Positions 19,490 through 28,996 are shown, counted from the stretch's first letter. The stretch is DNA of 59,537 nucleotides from a virus (IMGVR_UViG_3300022665_000158:1-59537), one strand, 5' to 3'. Numbers and translations: made by a program. Notes: a model not told the origin generated them from the letters alone.

Positions 19490-19839
19490 TGGGCGCCTGC
19501 AAAACCTGCGGTGGCGACGCTCAACTACTCACCGCCCTTGAGTGTCGGGACTGCGAGGGCACCGGCTTCGAACGGGAGGCGAAGATGGGACACCACATCG
19601 ACAGCGAGGGGCGATTCCAGAGCGACAAGTTCCCAGATCTGCCGCCCGATACGTTCCTGCTCAGCCTCAAGGATCCGGAGGCCCGCGCCGCGATCAGCAC
19701 CTACGTGACGATCTGTAAGGATCGCGAGCTGGCCACCGATCTGATCCAGCGGATGCGCGTGCTCCGATTTGGCGCCCATGACGAGATACACAAAGTGGCC
19801 AAGGCGTTCGACGCGCTGGTACATGACCGCGATGGGTGA
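19489..19839 (+). CDS. hypothetical protein with an N-terminal CxxCxG repeat
   Basis: CKTCGG..CRDCEG; alternative ATG start at MGHHID. Confidence 0.5.
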   Translation: MGACKTCGGDAQLLTALECRDCEGTGFEREAKMGHHIDSEGRFQSDKFPDLPPDTFLLSLKDPEARAAISTYVTICKDRELATDLIQRMRVLRFGAHDEIHKVAKAFDALVHDRDG

Positions 19840-20107
19840 TATGCGGGGAGATGACACCTGTCGGATGAAGTCCGGCCTCCGTCGCGTAGACGGACGCTGG
19901 TATGTTGTCGTGTCGATATGGGACAATGAAGACGCCTCGGGTCCGCCCGTACAGGAATACGTTGGGCCCAATGGTGGCTTCGCGACGGAGAACGAGGCCC
20001 TCGCCTCGCATCACGAGAAGGTCCGGCCGATAACGGCGAAGATGATCGCGGAGGCCGAGGCGGATGGCGTCGAAGTCGAAACCATACTCAAGCCTACCTT
20101 GCACTGA
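19832..20107 (+). CDS. hypothetical protein
   Basis: Overlapping operon ORF. Confidence 0.5.
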   Translation: MGDMRGDDTCRMKSGLRRVDGRWYVVVSIWDNEDASGPPVQEYVGPNGGFATENEALASHHEKVRPITAKMIAEAEADGVEVETILKPTLH

Positions 20108-20165
20108 CCAGTCTCCGCGCTACTCTCCCGACAGACCGATAGACAAACAGACAAGGGAGAACGAC

Positions 20166-20501
20166 ATGGCAACGCTGAAGATCTGTACGCACGACCGGAC
20201 CCGATGGATCACCGACGTCCAAGAAGTGTGGATTGCCGAGAGTTTCGCGGTAACCCATTTCGACGACCCGCTGGCAGACTGCCGCGGGCCACACGCTACC
20301 TTGCGTGGAGACGGCATACGTGCGACGACCGTAGTGGACTTCCAAAAACCAAATCACGATGAGGGTGTGAGGGGCGACGAAATCGGCCACGTGCTGTGCG
20401 TGACTCGGTCGGACAAGCCCGATTATACCTACTTGTTCGTGGTGCCCGCGAGATCGTGCTTTTTGATGTCGGACGCTGGGAAGACCATAGACCGGATCTG
20501 A
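20166..20501 (+). CDS. hypothetical protein
   Basis: AGGGAG SD; C-terminal FLMSDAGKTIDRI. Confidence 0.6.
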   Translation: MATLKICTHDRTRWITDVQEVWIAESFAVTHFDDPLADCRGPHATLRGDGIRATTVVDFQKPNHDEGVRGDEIGHVLCVTRSDKPDYTYLFVVPARSCFLMSDAGKTIDRI

Positions 20502-20594
20502 GGTACAGTATCCACATGAAGAAGTGGAAGAGGTGCATTCTACGAAAAGGAGGCCACGGTGATAATCCCTAGTTAATTACAGGGAGGGGTCACC

Positions 20595-20762
20595 ATGGTG
20601 CTTCAGAAACTCAAAGCGGTCCGCTGGCACACGAACGCCAGCGCGGTCAATGCATTCTTCAAGATTCCCAGGGGCTGGCTGCACAGCGGGCTGTTCTACA
20701 CCGGGCCCACGCTGCACTTCGGGCACGTGCCCTCGCCCAAAAAGGGCAAGAAGAAGGGATAG
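20595..20762 (+). CDS. 55-aa basic protein (not in the ORF track)
   Basis: GGGAGG SD, ATG 20595 to TAG 20762. Confidence 0.45.
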   Translation: MVLQKLKAVRWHTNASAVNAFFKIPRGWLHSGLFYTGPTLHFGHVPSPKKGKKKG

Positions 20763-20769
20763 GATCTAC

Positions 20770-20845
20770 TCCCTGGTAGCTCAGCTGGAAGAGCGAGCGG
20801 CTGTTAACCGCTAGGTCGCAGGTTCAAGTCCTGCCCGGGGAGCCA
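20770..20845 (+). tRNA. tRNA-Asn(GTT)
   Basis: Full cloverleaf: TCCCTGG/CCGGGGA acceptor, GCTC/GAGC D-arm, AGCGG-CTGTTAA-CCGCT, GCAGG-TTCAAGT-CCTGC, encoded CCA. Confidence 0.97.
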
Positions 20846-20858
20846 TATCCTACGGGAA

Positions 20859-20872
20859 TGCAAGCGCTTGCA
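20859..20872. repeat. 14-bp palindrome, copy 4 (extends to AATGCAAGCGCTTGCATT)
   Basis: Exact match, intergenic after tRNA-Asn. Confidence 0.95.
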
Positions 20873-20905
20873 TTTGCGGTACCCTTGAGAGATGAGGGGG
20901 TGCCT

Positions 20906-21214
20906 ATGAGGCTCTTGTTCGCGATCATGATGGTGTCTGTGCTGGGATGCGCGGCCTACGCCGCAGAATGGCAATACGGCACGTCGGCCCTGGGGGGCGA
21001 TATCACCCAGAACTCCAACCTCATGGAGGCGATGCCCTTCTATGAAATGCCTACGAAGCTGCACGCGGTGGATCGGTCGCACGGCGAGACGATCACGCAA
21101 TTCATGGTCCTGCCGAACGACTTCCAAGTGTGTGCTTGCACCGTGCGGGGCGAGTTCCTCAGCTGCTACTGCACTCAGCCGGAGATCGGCATTTGCGCCG
21201 AGCACCGCCTCTAG
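20906..21214 (+). CDS. putative secreted Cys-containing protein
   Basis: Signal-peptide-like N-terminus ending AYA. Confidence 0.55.
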   Translation: MRLLFAIMMVSVLGCAAYAAEWQYGTSALGGDITQNSNLMEAMPFYEMPTKLHAVDRSHGETITQFMVLPNDFQVCACTVRGEFLSCYCTQPEIGICAEHRL

Positions 21215-21218
21215 CGCC

Positions 21219-21728
21219 ATGTACCTGAAAAAGGTGACGCCGAAGCGCACGGTCGTACAGGGCGGCACCTCACAGAAAGCGGCGTACGCCTGGGTCAACT
21301 ACTTGAACGAAGTGCTGACGATGGACCGCGGATTCCTGTCCGAGCTAGTACAAACGCGCGTGAAGTGCGGGGCCGAGATCGCGATGCACCCCACCTTACA
21401 GGTGATCAACCTGAATCAAATGGACGACGCGCTGGCGCCCCCACCCCCGCCTGAGCCCGAGCCCGATCCTATGCTCCCGATCAAGGGGACGGATCCGCTG
21501 GGCCGCGATTGGTCCTCACCCTACCCGACAGTACCGCCGAGCGGGAACGTGAAGGACTTGGATGACCTTCCACAGCCCCGCTGGGTGGCGGGCGTGCTCG
21601 GCCTGATCAACGGGTTCATCGGTATCAGCGAACACGGAAAGGGCCCGGTTGACGCCGTCGTAAACCTTGAGACTAAACTGATCGAGGAGTTCGTGGTGTC
21701 CGAGCCCTACAAGAAGCGGAACGATTGA
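21219..21728 (+). CDS. hypothetical protein with a Pro-rich insert
   Basis: LNE...D and GVLGLING blocks; poly-Pro linker. Confidence 0.55.
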   Translation: MYLKKVTPKRTVVQGGTSQKAAYAWVNYLNEVLTMDRGFLSELVQTRVKCGAEIAMHPTLQVINLNQMDDALAPPPPPEPEPDPMLPIKGTDPLGRDWSSPYPTVPPSGNVKDLDDLPQPRWVAGVLGLINGFIGISEHGKGPVDAVVNLETKLIEEFVVSEPYKKRND

Positions 21729-21752
21729 CGCCGGTGGTGGGCATGGTACCGT
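21725..21752 (+). promoter_or_regulatory. sigma70-like promoter for the tRNA-like RNA
   Basis: TTGACG-N16-TACCGT with extended -10 TG; predicted start near 21759. Confidence 0.45.
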
Positions 21753-21758
21753 GTAGTT

Positions 21759-21830
21759 CCTGGGATCGTCTATTCAGGACACCTCGCCTTTAAGCGGGGA
21801 GAGGTCAGTAGAGTCTGACTCCTAGGCCCA
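21759..21830 (+). ncRNA. non-canonical tRNA-like RNA or degenerate tRNA
   Basis: 7-bp acceptor CCTGGGA/TCCTAGG, then C and CCA; D-arm GTCT/GGAC; anticodon arm CCTCGC-CTTTAA-GCGGGG; T-arm GTCAG-TAGAGT-CTGAC. Confidence 0.7.
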
Positions 21831-21849
21831 TTTTGCACGAGGAGCCAAG

Positions 21850-23055
21850 ATGGATTCCCTCCACATCGAAGAGCGCCCGGTCGGCTCTCTTACGCCGTAT
21901 TCGAGGAATGCGAGAACCCACTCCGAGAAACAGATCCAACAGATCGCGGCCTCAATCAAGACGTTCGGCTTCACGAACCCCATTCTCATCGATGCGGCTG
22001 GGATAATCATCGCTGGCCACGGGCGGCTGCGCGCTGCCCAGCAGCTAGGGATGGAGACGGTCCCGACGATCTGCCTCAAGCACCTATCCGAGCAGCAAGC
22101 CCGTGCCCTCGTGATCGCCGATAACAAGCTCGCCGAACTCGCAGGGTGGGATGAGGATATGCTCGCGCTTGAGCTACAGAGTCTCACAGAGATGGCGCTG
22201 GAGATGGATCTTGATTTCGATTTGAGTGTCATTGGCTTTGACGAGGGCGAGCTTGAACGGCTGCTTCAGCAGGAGCATGAAGGCGCGATCGATGACGATG
22301 ACGTACCCAGCGATATCGAGAAGCGCTGCAAGGTGGGCGATCTGTGGAAGCTCGGTGATCACCGCCTGCTGTGCGGGGATGCGACGAAGGCCGAGGATGT
22401 GGCCCGCTTGCTCAACGGCGAGAAGGTCGATCTTGTGTTCACCGATCCGCCCTACGGCATGGGACTGACGCCGGTCAAGAATTACGCCTCGAAGAAGGAA
22501 CGCAAAAAGCGCGAGGAGTACGAGCCGGTTCTCGGCGATGACAAACCATTCGACGCTAGCGTACTCGTGTCGATGATCGATTGCGATCGCTGGTACATAT
22601 GGGGCGCAGACTACTTCCTTTCCTCGATTCCGAACTACACGGACGGCAGCCTAATCGTGTGGGCGAAGCGCATGAGCGAGGAAGAGAGCGACAAGGTATT
22701 CGGCAGCGCATTCGAGATCTGCTGGACGCTACCGAGAACGAAGAAGGTGATCTGGTTCGAACGGGCAATCAACCAGTCGTCGGAACGGCTCGGGCTGCAT
22801 CCGACCCAGAAGCCGACCGCCCTCGCCATTCGTGCATTCGAGAGGAGTTCCAAGCGCGGCGCACTTGTCGTAGACCTATACGCGGGAAGCGGAACGACGA
22901 TCATCGCGGCCGAGAAATATGATCGCCGCTGCTTCGCAATGGAAATCTCCCCCGAATACTGCGATGTGATCCTGCAACGTTGGGAGCGGTTCACCGAGCG
23001 CAAGGCGGAGATCGTGACGGAGCACCTAGACACAGAGGAGAAGGCCGATGGCTAA
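21850..23055 (+). CDS. ParB/Srx-like N-terminal domain fused to an N6A/N4C DNA methyltransferase
   Basis: PY.RNAR.H, FGFTNPI, AGHGRL, IADNKL; MTase motifs FTDPPY, HPTQKP, DLYAGSGTT. Confidence 0.9.
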   Translation: MDSLHIEERPVGSLTPYSRNARTHSEKQIQQIAASIKTFGFTNPILIDAAGIIIAGHGRLRAAQQLGMETVPTICLKHLSEQQARALVIADNKLAELAGWDEDMLALELQSLTEMALEMDLDFDLSVIGFDEGELERLLQQEHEGAIDDDDVPSDIEKRCKVGDLWKLGDHRLLCGDATKAEDVARLLNGEKVDLVFTDPPYGMGLTPVKNYASKKERKKREEYEPVLGDDKPFDASVLVSMIDCDRWYIWGADYFLSSIPNYTDGSLIVWAKRMSEEESDKVFGSAFEICWTLPRTKKVIWFERAINQSSERLGLHPTQKPTALAIRAFERSSKRGALVVDLYAGSGTTIIAAEKYDRRCFAMEISPEYCDVILQRWERFTERKAEIVTEHLDTEEKADG

Positions 23056-23794
23056 GGAACCGACGAAGCCACCTGAGGGTATTAAGAAACCTACGCCGCC
23101 TCGGAGCCCGTTCAGCGGGCGGCGGCTGGACGGCCTGCCGGAATCGGTGCCGACGGCGGCATTCGTCGGCCACACGTCAGACCCCGATTTCAACCCGCCC
23201 GATCGGAAGTCGGGGCCCGACAATGAGGTGGTATTCTCGGAGGCGGTGACCTGCACAGAGCATGAGGACTGCATGACGGTCACGACGCAGCTGGGCTCCG
23301 ATACCAGCCGAACGAACGACCCCGGGTACGAGCCCCCGAGCCGTACCGCGGACGAAAACCCGAATGGGATCGGCGTCACGCCTACCTATGTGCCGCCGCC
23401 ATTTGAGCCGGTGTCATTCGACGGGGCCGGTGGTCTGTATTGGGATATCCCGGACGCCGTGCTGGCCGGCAGCGACGAGCCACTCGATCGCCCGTATGCG
23501 ATCATTGAAGATATGGGCACCCTATTCCGCGAGTTGATCGATGACGTACTGGACGCCACGGCCAAGCTGCGCTCAGCGGCCCTCAGGTACGCCTGTCGCT
23601 TGATTGCTGGCGTGTTCGGGGTGGTGATCTTCGGCCTACTGATCGTCGGCGGTGTGGGCGTAGTGCTGGCGGTGTGGCTCTTCAAGGCCATGGACAAGGC
23701 AGAGCTGATCTACTGGGAAAACCGGGAAGAGAGGCAGCACCGGCACAGCCGGAAGACGGCTCAACGCATGAATCACATAAGGAAAAAGCCATGA
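23048..23794 (+). CDS. hypothetical membrane protein
   Basis: Pro-rich N-terminus and a long hydrophobic segment. Confidence 0.55.
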   Translation: MAKEPTKPPEGIKKPTPPRSPFSGRRLDGLPESVPTAAFVGHTSDPDFNPPDRKSGPDNEVVFSEAVTCTEHEDCMTVTTQLGSDTSRTNDPGYEPPSRTADENPNGIGVTPTYVPPPFEPVSFDGAGGLYWDIPDAVLAGSDEPLDRPYAIIEDMGTLFRELIDDVLDATAKLRSAALRYACRLIAGVFGVVIFGLLIVGGVGVVLAVWLFKAMDKAELIYWENREERQHRHSRKTAQRMNHIRKKP

Positions 23795-23988
23795 AAGAGG
23801 AACTTCCGAAACCGCCCGTGAAGACGGAAGTGGCTGACGGCCTGATCTCAGCTATGCTCGACAGAGTCAAGATGCAAGCGCTTGCACCCGCGACCCCCAA
23901 GCGGAAGCGTAAGCGGGACAGCAAGCACGCGGCGAAGCACATCGTTCGGAAGAGGGTAAAGGCAGCCCGCCAACGAAACCGCCGCTAG
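23791..23988 (+). CDS. small basic protein
   Basis: AAGGA SD, ATGA coupling; K/R-rich tail; carries palindrome copy 5. Confidence 0.5.
   Translation: MKEELPKPPVKTEVADGLISAMLDRVKMQALAPATPKRKRKRDSKHAAKHIVRKRVKAARQRNRR
23873..23886. repeat. 14-bp palindrome, copy 5
   Basis: Exact match. Confidence 0.95.
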
Positions 23989-24023
23989 GACAAGGCCACG
24001 ACGGCCGGCGGGGGGCTCGCGTA

Positions 24024-24602
24024 ATGGCGGGGAAGAAGAATCCGAAAAAGCACAAGCCCAAGATCGACTGGGACGCAATCCGAGAGGACTACCTAGTCCG
24101 GAACCTCGATAACTCTAAAACCAAGAAATACTCGGTCAACATGCTTGCAAAGACGTGGGGTATCAGCCGCACATCCATCGACAGGCACGTCAAGGCAGAG
24201 GATTGGAATGGCGAGCTGCGCCGGCGCACGCAGGCGATCGCGGATGCCCGGATAGAGATCCACCAGGACAGCATCATCGAGGCCCAGAAAGAGATCCGGG
24301 AACGCCATGCTCTGGTAGCGAGAAGCGCTATCAAGGTGGCGTCTAAGAAACTGGCCACCCTGAAAAAGCCCGAGAAAGAGCTGACGGTCGACCAAATGGT
24401 GAAGATGCTGGCGTTCGGTATGGCAGCCGAGCGCGACGCCGCGGGGATGCCTAAGTACATTCAGATCGAAGATGTGACGCCGATGGACCCGGCGCGCGAG
24501 TTTGAGACCCCCCTCATGCGCATGGAGCGACGTCGCGTACAGCGGGAGGTCGAGGCGGACCTAGCCGAGGTCCACGAGAGGCTGCACGGTGGCTCTGACT
24601 GA
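24024..24602 (+). CDS. terS: terminase small subunit
   Basis: IDW..IR..Y then an HTH (LAKTWGISRTSI...EDW), helical core; directly upstream of TerL. Confidence 0.75.
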   Translation: MAGKKNPKKHKPKIDWDAIREDYLVRNLDNSKTKKYSVNMLAKTWGISRTSIDRHVKAEDWNGELRRRTQAIADARIEIHQDSIIEAQKEIRERHALVARSAIKVASKKLATLKKPEKELTVDQMVKMLAFGMAAERDAAGMPKYIQIEDVTPMDPAREFETPLMRMERRRVQREVEADLAEVHERLHGGSD

Positions 24603-26535
24603 GGCGGAGTATGACGAATACGTCAAGGTGGGGACGGACCGCGGGTACTCGCCCTCGGAGTTCGAGCCTTACCTAGACCCATCCCTGCGCGGCATCACGG
24701 ATGTGTATGATGGGGATCGGCGCGAGCGCCTGATGACCCCACGTGAATTCTTCACGAACCCCCATTACACAGGGACGGTGGGCGCTTACATATGGCCAAA
24801 GGTGCTGAAAGAGATCGAGGAGATGAACAACGGCAACTACGTCGAGGCGGTGCTAACTGGGGGCATCGGGGCAGCTAAGACCTCGGCCGCGATTTCCTCG
24901 CAGCTCTACCAGCTGTACAACCTCATGACGTTCTACAACCCCCACGTGCCGTTCGGGCTGAAGCCCACCGACGAGATCGTCATCATATTCCAGAGCATGA
25001 AATTCAGCCAAGCGAAAGAGGTGGCGTATGACCGCTTCAAGGCGATGGTTGATGAGTGCCCTTACTTCACGGGGAAGTTCGGTTACGACAAGGACGTTAA
25101 GAGCCAGCTACGATTCCAGAATCACATAAGTGTGAAGCCCGTTGCCGGTAACGAGGCGGCGACCATCGGCCAGAACGTCATCGGCGGGATCTTGGACGAG
25201 GTTAACTTCATGGAGTCGATCGAGAAGTCCAAGAAGGATGCGGACGGGGGCATGTATGAGCAGGCGGTCACGCTGTACAACTCGATCGCTCGACGGCGGG
25301 AGTCGCGGTTCATGACCCGGGGGCAACTGCCCGGGCTGCTGTGCCTCGTGTCATCGAAGCGCTACCGCGGGCAATTCACCGACGTGAAGAGTGAAGAGGC
25401 GGTAACGAACAAGCGCATCTACGTCTACGACAAGCGCATATGGGACGTGGTGTCGCCCGAGAAGTTTGAGATGATGTACACCGATAAGTGGTTCGATGTG
25501 TTCGTGGGCGACGAGCACCGCAAGCCCTACATGATCGACGAGGCCCACCCGGCGCCGGAGGGCGACAAGGAATTGATCATGGCCATCCCGGTGGAGCACG
25601 AGCACGACTTCTCTGTCGATCTGCTGAAGGCCCTACGCGATATAGCGGGCATCTCTACCACCGCCCTGCATCCGTTCATCATGGACCCGGCGCGCGTGGT
25701 GGAATCGTTCGACGCGCACAATTCGATCTTCAGCCGTGAGGAGTGCGACTTCGACACGCTGGGGCTCAAGGTCTATCCCAAGGAATTCGTGAACCCGAAG
25801 GAGCCGCGGTTCATCCATATCGACCTCGCCATCTCGCGGGACAGCTGCGGCTTCGCTATTGGGCACGTGACGGGCTTCGAGCCGGTGAGGCGGGGCCCGA
25901 CGCCGCGCATCGGGGATGACGGTAAGCCCGTGAAGGATGAGCGCCCTGTCGAGATGCTCCCGCGGATCCACATCGACGGGCTTCTGGAGATCCGGCCGCC
26001 GCGCGGGGGGGAGATATCATTCGCTAAAATCAGGGATATCATCTACTTGCTGACGAAGTTGGGGCTCAATGTGCAATGGATCACCTTCGACTCATTCCAG
26101 TCGACCGACTCCAAGCAGATCCTCAATCAGCGCGGCTACAAGACGGGCGATGCGACGCTGGACAAGGACACGGCCGGATACGAGATGCTGAAAACCGCTT
26201 TCTACGACGGGCGGATTGACCTGCCCCCGCATGTGAAATGCCTACGGGAGTTGCTGCGTTTGGAGAGGGACGAGAAGAAGGATAAGGTTGACCACAGGGC
26301 GAACGAATCCAAGGACGTCGCGGATGCGGTGGCGGGTGTGGTCTACGGCCTCACCCGACGGATGGAGATATGGCACCGCTTCAAGATCCCCATCCGGGAG
26401 ATCCCGCAGTCGATTGTGCAGACACGACAGGACGCGCGGGAAGAGGCGCCGCCCGAGAGGCAGGGGAGGGTGCTCAAACCCGGGCACCGACACGGCGCGT
26501 TCAACCGCGTGAAGCGGGACGGAAGGAAACAATGA
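24589..26535 (+). CDS. terL: terminase large subunit
   Basis: Walker A GGIGAAKT, Walker B GILDE, motif III VSS, RNase H-like HIDLA...D, TFDSFQS, KVDH..SKDVADA. Confidence 0.9.
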   Translation: MALTEAEYDEYVKVGTDRGYSPSEFEPYLDPSLRGITDVYDGDRRERLMTPREFFTNPHYTGTVGAYIWPKVLKEIEEMNNGNYVEAVLTGGIGAAKTSAAISSQLYQLYNLMTFYNPHVPFGLKPTDEIVIIFQSMKFSQAKEVAYDRFKAMVDECPYFTGKFGYDKDVKSQLRFQNHISVKPVAGNEAATIGQNVIGGILDEVNFMESIEKSKKDADGGMYEQAVTLYNSIARRRESRFMTRGQLPGLLCLVSSKRYRGQFTDVKSEEAVTNKRIYVYDKRIWDVVSPEKFEMMYTDKWFDVFVGDEHRKPYMIDEAHPAPEGDKELIMAIPVEHEHDFSVDLLKALRDIAGISTTALHPFIMDPARVVESFDAHNSIFSREECDFDTLGLKVYPKEFVNPKEPRFIHIDLAISRDSCGFAIGHVTGFEPVRRGPTPRIGDDGKPVKDERPVEMLPRIHIDGLLEIRPPRGGEISFAKIRDIIYLLTKLGLNVQWITFDSFQSTDSKQILNQRGYKTGDATLDKDTAGYEMLKTAFYDGRIDLPPHVKCLRELLRLERDEKKDKVDHRANESKDVADAVAGVVYGLTRRMEIWHRFKIPIREIPQSIVQTRQDAREEAPPERQGRVLKPGHRHGAFNRVKRDGRKQ

Positions 26536-26804
26536 GCGAAGAGGCGGGCGGCGTCGTGCGCGGACACCATCGCTTCCCCTCGCCGGGCTCGCTCGCGGCG
26601 CTCAAGAAGGGCTGTATTTGCCCAGCCCAGGTCAACTCCATGGGGCGCGGGAACATCGAGTTGAACGAACAGCAGCCTGGACAACGGTGGATATATAGCC
26701 GAGACTGCACCTACCACGTGATCCCCACGGAGTGTGCTACGGTCGGCGTCGACGAACACAACGATTGGGTGATCCTTGAAAATCCGGGAGACGAAGATGG
26801 ATAA
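26532..26804 (+). CDS. hypothetical protein
   Basis: PGS.AA...GC.CP..N..GRG...C..H motif. Confidence 0.6.
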   Translation: MSEEAGGVVRGHHRFPSPGSLAALKKGCICPAQVNSMGRGNIELNEQQPGQRWIYSRDCTYHVIPTECATVGVDEHNDWVILENPGDEDG

Positions 26805-27165
26805 TCCCTTCATAAAGGGAGTACAAGTGGACGCGAGTAAGCGAGTGATTCCGATGAAGGCCCTGCGCGCACTGGCCGACGACATTCTGGAGCACATCGA
26901 AGAGATCACCGACCCCGACAAGCGGCGGGAGCATCTCGTCGACCACCTCGCCGGCGCGATCGATGCGCACTGCGTTTTACTTCAGCGCGCACTTTGCGTA
27001 CACTGCGGCAATGGCGTCCCGCTCGTTTACGTCAAGAAGTGGGACGAGCACCTTCACAATGGTGAGCTGACGTGCATAGCCGGAAATGCTCGCAAGATCA
27101 TGGGCATAGAACCCGAAACGCAGCACATTCTACAGGGGTCAAAGCATGGACGCCCGCTTTCATAG
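26797..27165 (+). CDS. hypothetical protein
   Basis: GGAG SD; CVHC. Confidence 0.5.
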   Translation: MDNPFIKGVQVDASKRVIPMKALRALADDILEHIEEITDPDKRREHLVDHLAGAIDAHCVLLQRALCVHCGNGVPLVYVKKWDEHLHNGELTCIAGNARKIMGIEPETQHILQGSKHGRPLS

Positions 27166-27349
27166 CGACACCGCGCTAGAGAACTTCAAGGACGAGGCCG
27201 AGCTGGTGGGTTACGAAGTGAAGCACAGGGATCAAGGCACGCGGGACGTGACGATTCTGGGGAATGACAATGACGAGACGCTACGGGCGCTCGTCTACCT
27301 CAATGGCGGCGACGTGCTCGACTCACCTTTCCGCAAGAGGAAATCATGA
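27146..27349 (+). CDS. hypothetical protein
   Basis: Operon ORF. Confidence 0.5.
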   Translation: MDARFHSDTALENFKDEAELVGYEVKHRDQGTRDVTILGNDNDETLRALVYLNGGDVLDSPFRKRKS

Positions 27350-27600
27350 CCTTGCGAAATGCAAGCGCTTGCATTTTGATCCTACTTTTCGTCGGCTGCG
27401 CGGGGCTCATCCCCCAAAAGACCGTCCATGAGCGGACCTGCGCGACCGTAGAGACCATGTGGGATGCGGACGCGCAAGACATTGTGATTATTGAGCATGG
27501 CTGTACTATGGAGCAGCTGGAGGAACACGGATTCGGGTGGAAGGAAATCGCCGGCTCGATTGGCGGCGTGCTTCTGCTACTGCTGCCACTACTACTCTAG
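27346..27600 (+). CDS. putative lipoprotein with hydrophobic C-terminus
   Basis: Signal peptide with FVGC lipobox; poly-Leu tail; carries palindrome copy 6. Confidence 0.5.
   Translation: MTLRNASACILILLFVGCAGLIPQKTVHERTCATVETMWDADAQDIVIIEHGCTMEQLEEHGFGWKEIAGSIGGVLLLLLPLLL
27360..27373. repeat. 14-bp palindrome, copy 6 (extends to AAATGCAAGCGCTTGCATTT)
   Basis: Exact match; 20-bp extended palindrome. Confidence 0.95.
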
Positions 27601-27610
27601 GAGAGCCACC

Positions 27611-28060
27611 ATGTTCGACCTACCTGACTACGTCAACGGGGCGTTCGAGATCCTCGGCGCCGTGGCGATTGCTGGACACGTCCGCCAAGTGCTGAAGGAT
27701 AAGGCGGTGGCAGGTGTGTCCATCATGTCTGTGATTTTCTTCGCCTCGTGGGGCTTCTGGAATCTCTACTACTACCCGCATCTCGGCCAGTGGGCGTCGT
27801 TCGCCGGCGGCATTGCGATTGTACTCGACAATTGCTGCTGGATCGCCGGCATGGTCTACTACACACGACACCCAAAACTTGCTACCTTCGGCCCGAAGGA
27901 AACCGATATCCCCCTCGTGTACGCGCTGAAAGAGTACATCGAAGTGCTAGGCGACGAGGTTGAAGATCTGACATTGTTCGCCCACGTCCATGGTTTGAAG
28001 TCGACTCGCATTGAGGCGGGCCAACGCTGCCGGGACAAGATCGCAAGACTGGAGGCATGA
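27611..28060 (+). CDS. PQ-loop/SemiSWEET-like 3-TM protein
   Basis: Three TM helices with K.V.GVS loop and W..YY motif; AGGAG SD. Confidence 0.6.
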   Translation: MFDLPDYVNGAFEILGAVAIAGHVRQVLKDKAVAGVSIMSVIFFASWGFWNLYYYPHLGQWASFAGGIAIVLDNCCWIAGMVYYTRHPKLATFGPKETDIPLVYALKEYIEVLGDEVEDLTLFAHVHGLKSTRIEAGQRCRDKIARLEA

Positions 28061-28061
28061 G

Positions 28062-28406
28062 ATGGGAAAGCGAGGAGCCACGACACGAGAGGACGTCTAC
28101 GCAGCGGTAGATGGCGAGCGGACCTACCAGAAGTCGAAGTGGGGCGAGGATCAGGAGACTGAGATCAACTCGTTCATCCTCTACATGGAGCACCACCTAC
28201 AGCGGGCCCGGGAGATCGCCAGCACGGCGGTGGACGGGAACAACTTTTTCGGCGCCAAGGGCCCGAACAGCCTCGACTGCATTCGGAAGGTCGTCGCTCT
28301 AGGCGTCGCCTGCATGGAGAGGAACGGCGCCCCGAAACGCGCCGCGCCCGGCTGCGAACACGTGTCCGGTCCGACGCGCTGCTCCGATTGCGCTTACGAG
28401 TCCTAA
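28062..28406 (+). CDS. hypothetical protein (helical, possibly MazG-like)
   Basis: ER.YQ..KWG and KVVALGVACME blocks. Confidence 0.55.
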   Translation: MGKRGATTREDVYAAVDGERTYQKSKWGEDQETEINSFILYMEHHLQRAREIASTAVDGNNFFGAKGPNSLDCIRKVVALGVACMERNGAPKRAAPGCEHVSGPTRCSDCAYES

Positions 28407-28407
28407 G

Positions 28408-28728
28408 ATGGACCGGCCGAGCGAAGAGTACCTAGTACGGATCCGGGTCAAGTTCGCGGATTTGAAGCAACTGACGGCCTTCAGTGCGTCGGAGTCTCTC
28501 ATGGCCGAGCGCTGTCGCTTCGATCTCGCGGAAGGGTACGTTCGGGAGATCTTCGACGATCACGGGTGCTGCGAGATCGACGTTGTATTCCCCGCCGAGA
28601 TCTACTTCGCCGAGGGATCGGGCGGCTTGCAAGAGATCCAAGCCGACCTGAATGCTGCGCGGCAATGCGGCGCCGAGATTGAATTGAAAATGGGATGGAT
28701 GAAGGAAGATGGAGCGTTACAAGGCTAA
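28408..28728 (+). CDS. hypothetical protein, paralog of 29196..29495
   Basis: Shared Q..L.AA..CGAE..L...W C-terminus. Confidence 0.6.
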   Translation: MDRPSEEYLVRIRVKFADLKQLTAFSASESLMAERCRFDLAEGYVREIFDDHGCCEIDVVFPAEIYFAEGSGGLQEIQADLNAARQCGAEIELKMGWMKEDGALQG

Positions 28729-28996
28729 ACCCGTTTACGTCGACGCGGTGCAGATCACCGATGAGATGATCGACGCCACGCCTCCGAGCCCGCTACACGT
28801 CAAGGGCATACGGTACGATCCCATCAATCGTACGGTCCACATTCATAGCGGGGGCATCGGTGTGGTCGGGTACTGGATAGTGCGGGGCGAAGATGGGTGG
28901 TTGACACTCTGGGGCGACGCGCTATTCAACGGCCTGTACGAGAAGGTCGGCGGACCCATTCTAGCCCACGAATACACCGAACGGGAGAAGAACTAA
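28709..28996 (+). CDS. hypothetical protein (PGDYG-like)
   Basis: YKAKPV.VDAVQ, G.WIVRG...F...YE. Confidence 0.6.
   Translation: MERYKAKPVYVDAVQITDEMIDATPPSPLHVKGIRYDPINRTVHIHSGGIGVVGYWIVRGEDGWLTLWGDALFNGLYEKVGGPILAHEYTEREKN

Noticed and set aside
20135-20142. ACCGATAG as a further sigma28 promoter
   Set aside because: No -35 element at the expected spacing; several intragenic GCCGATAA hits were dropped for the same reason
21850-23055. ParB-MTase as a true ParABS partition system
   Set aside because: No ParA nearby; ParB-like/MTase fusions near terminase genes are common in phages and no parS-binding HTH is evident; kept only as a candidate palindrome binder
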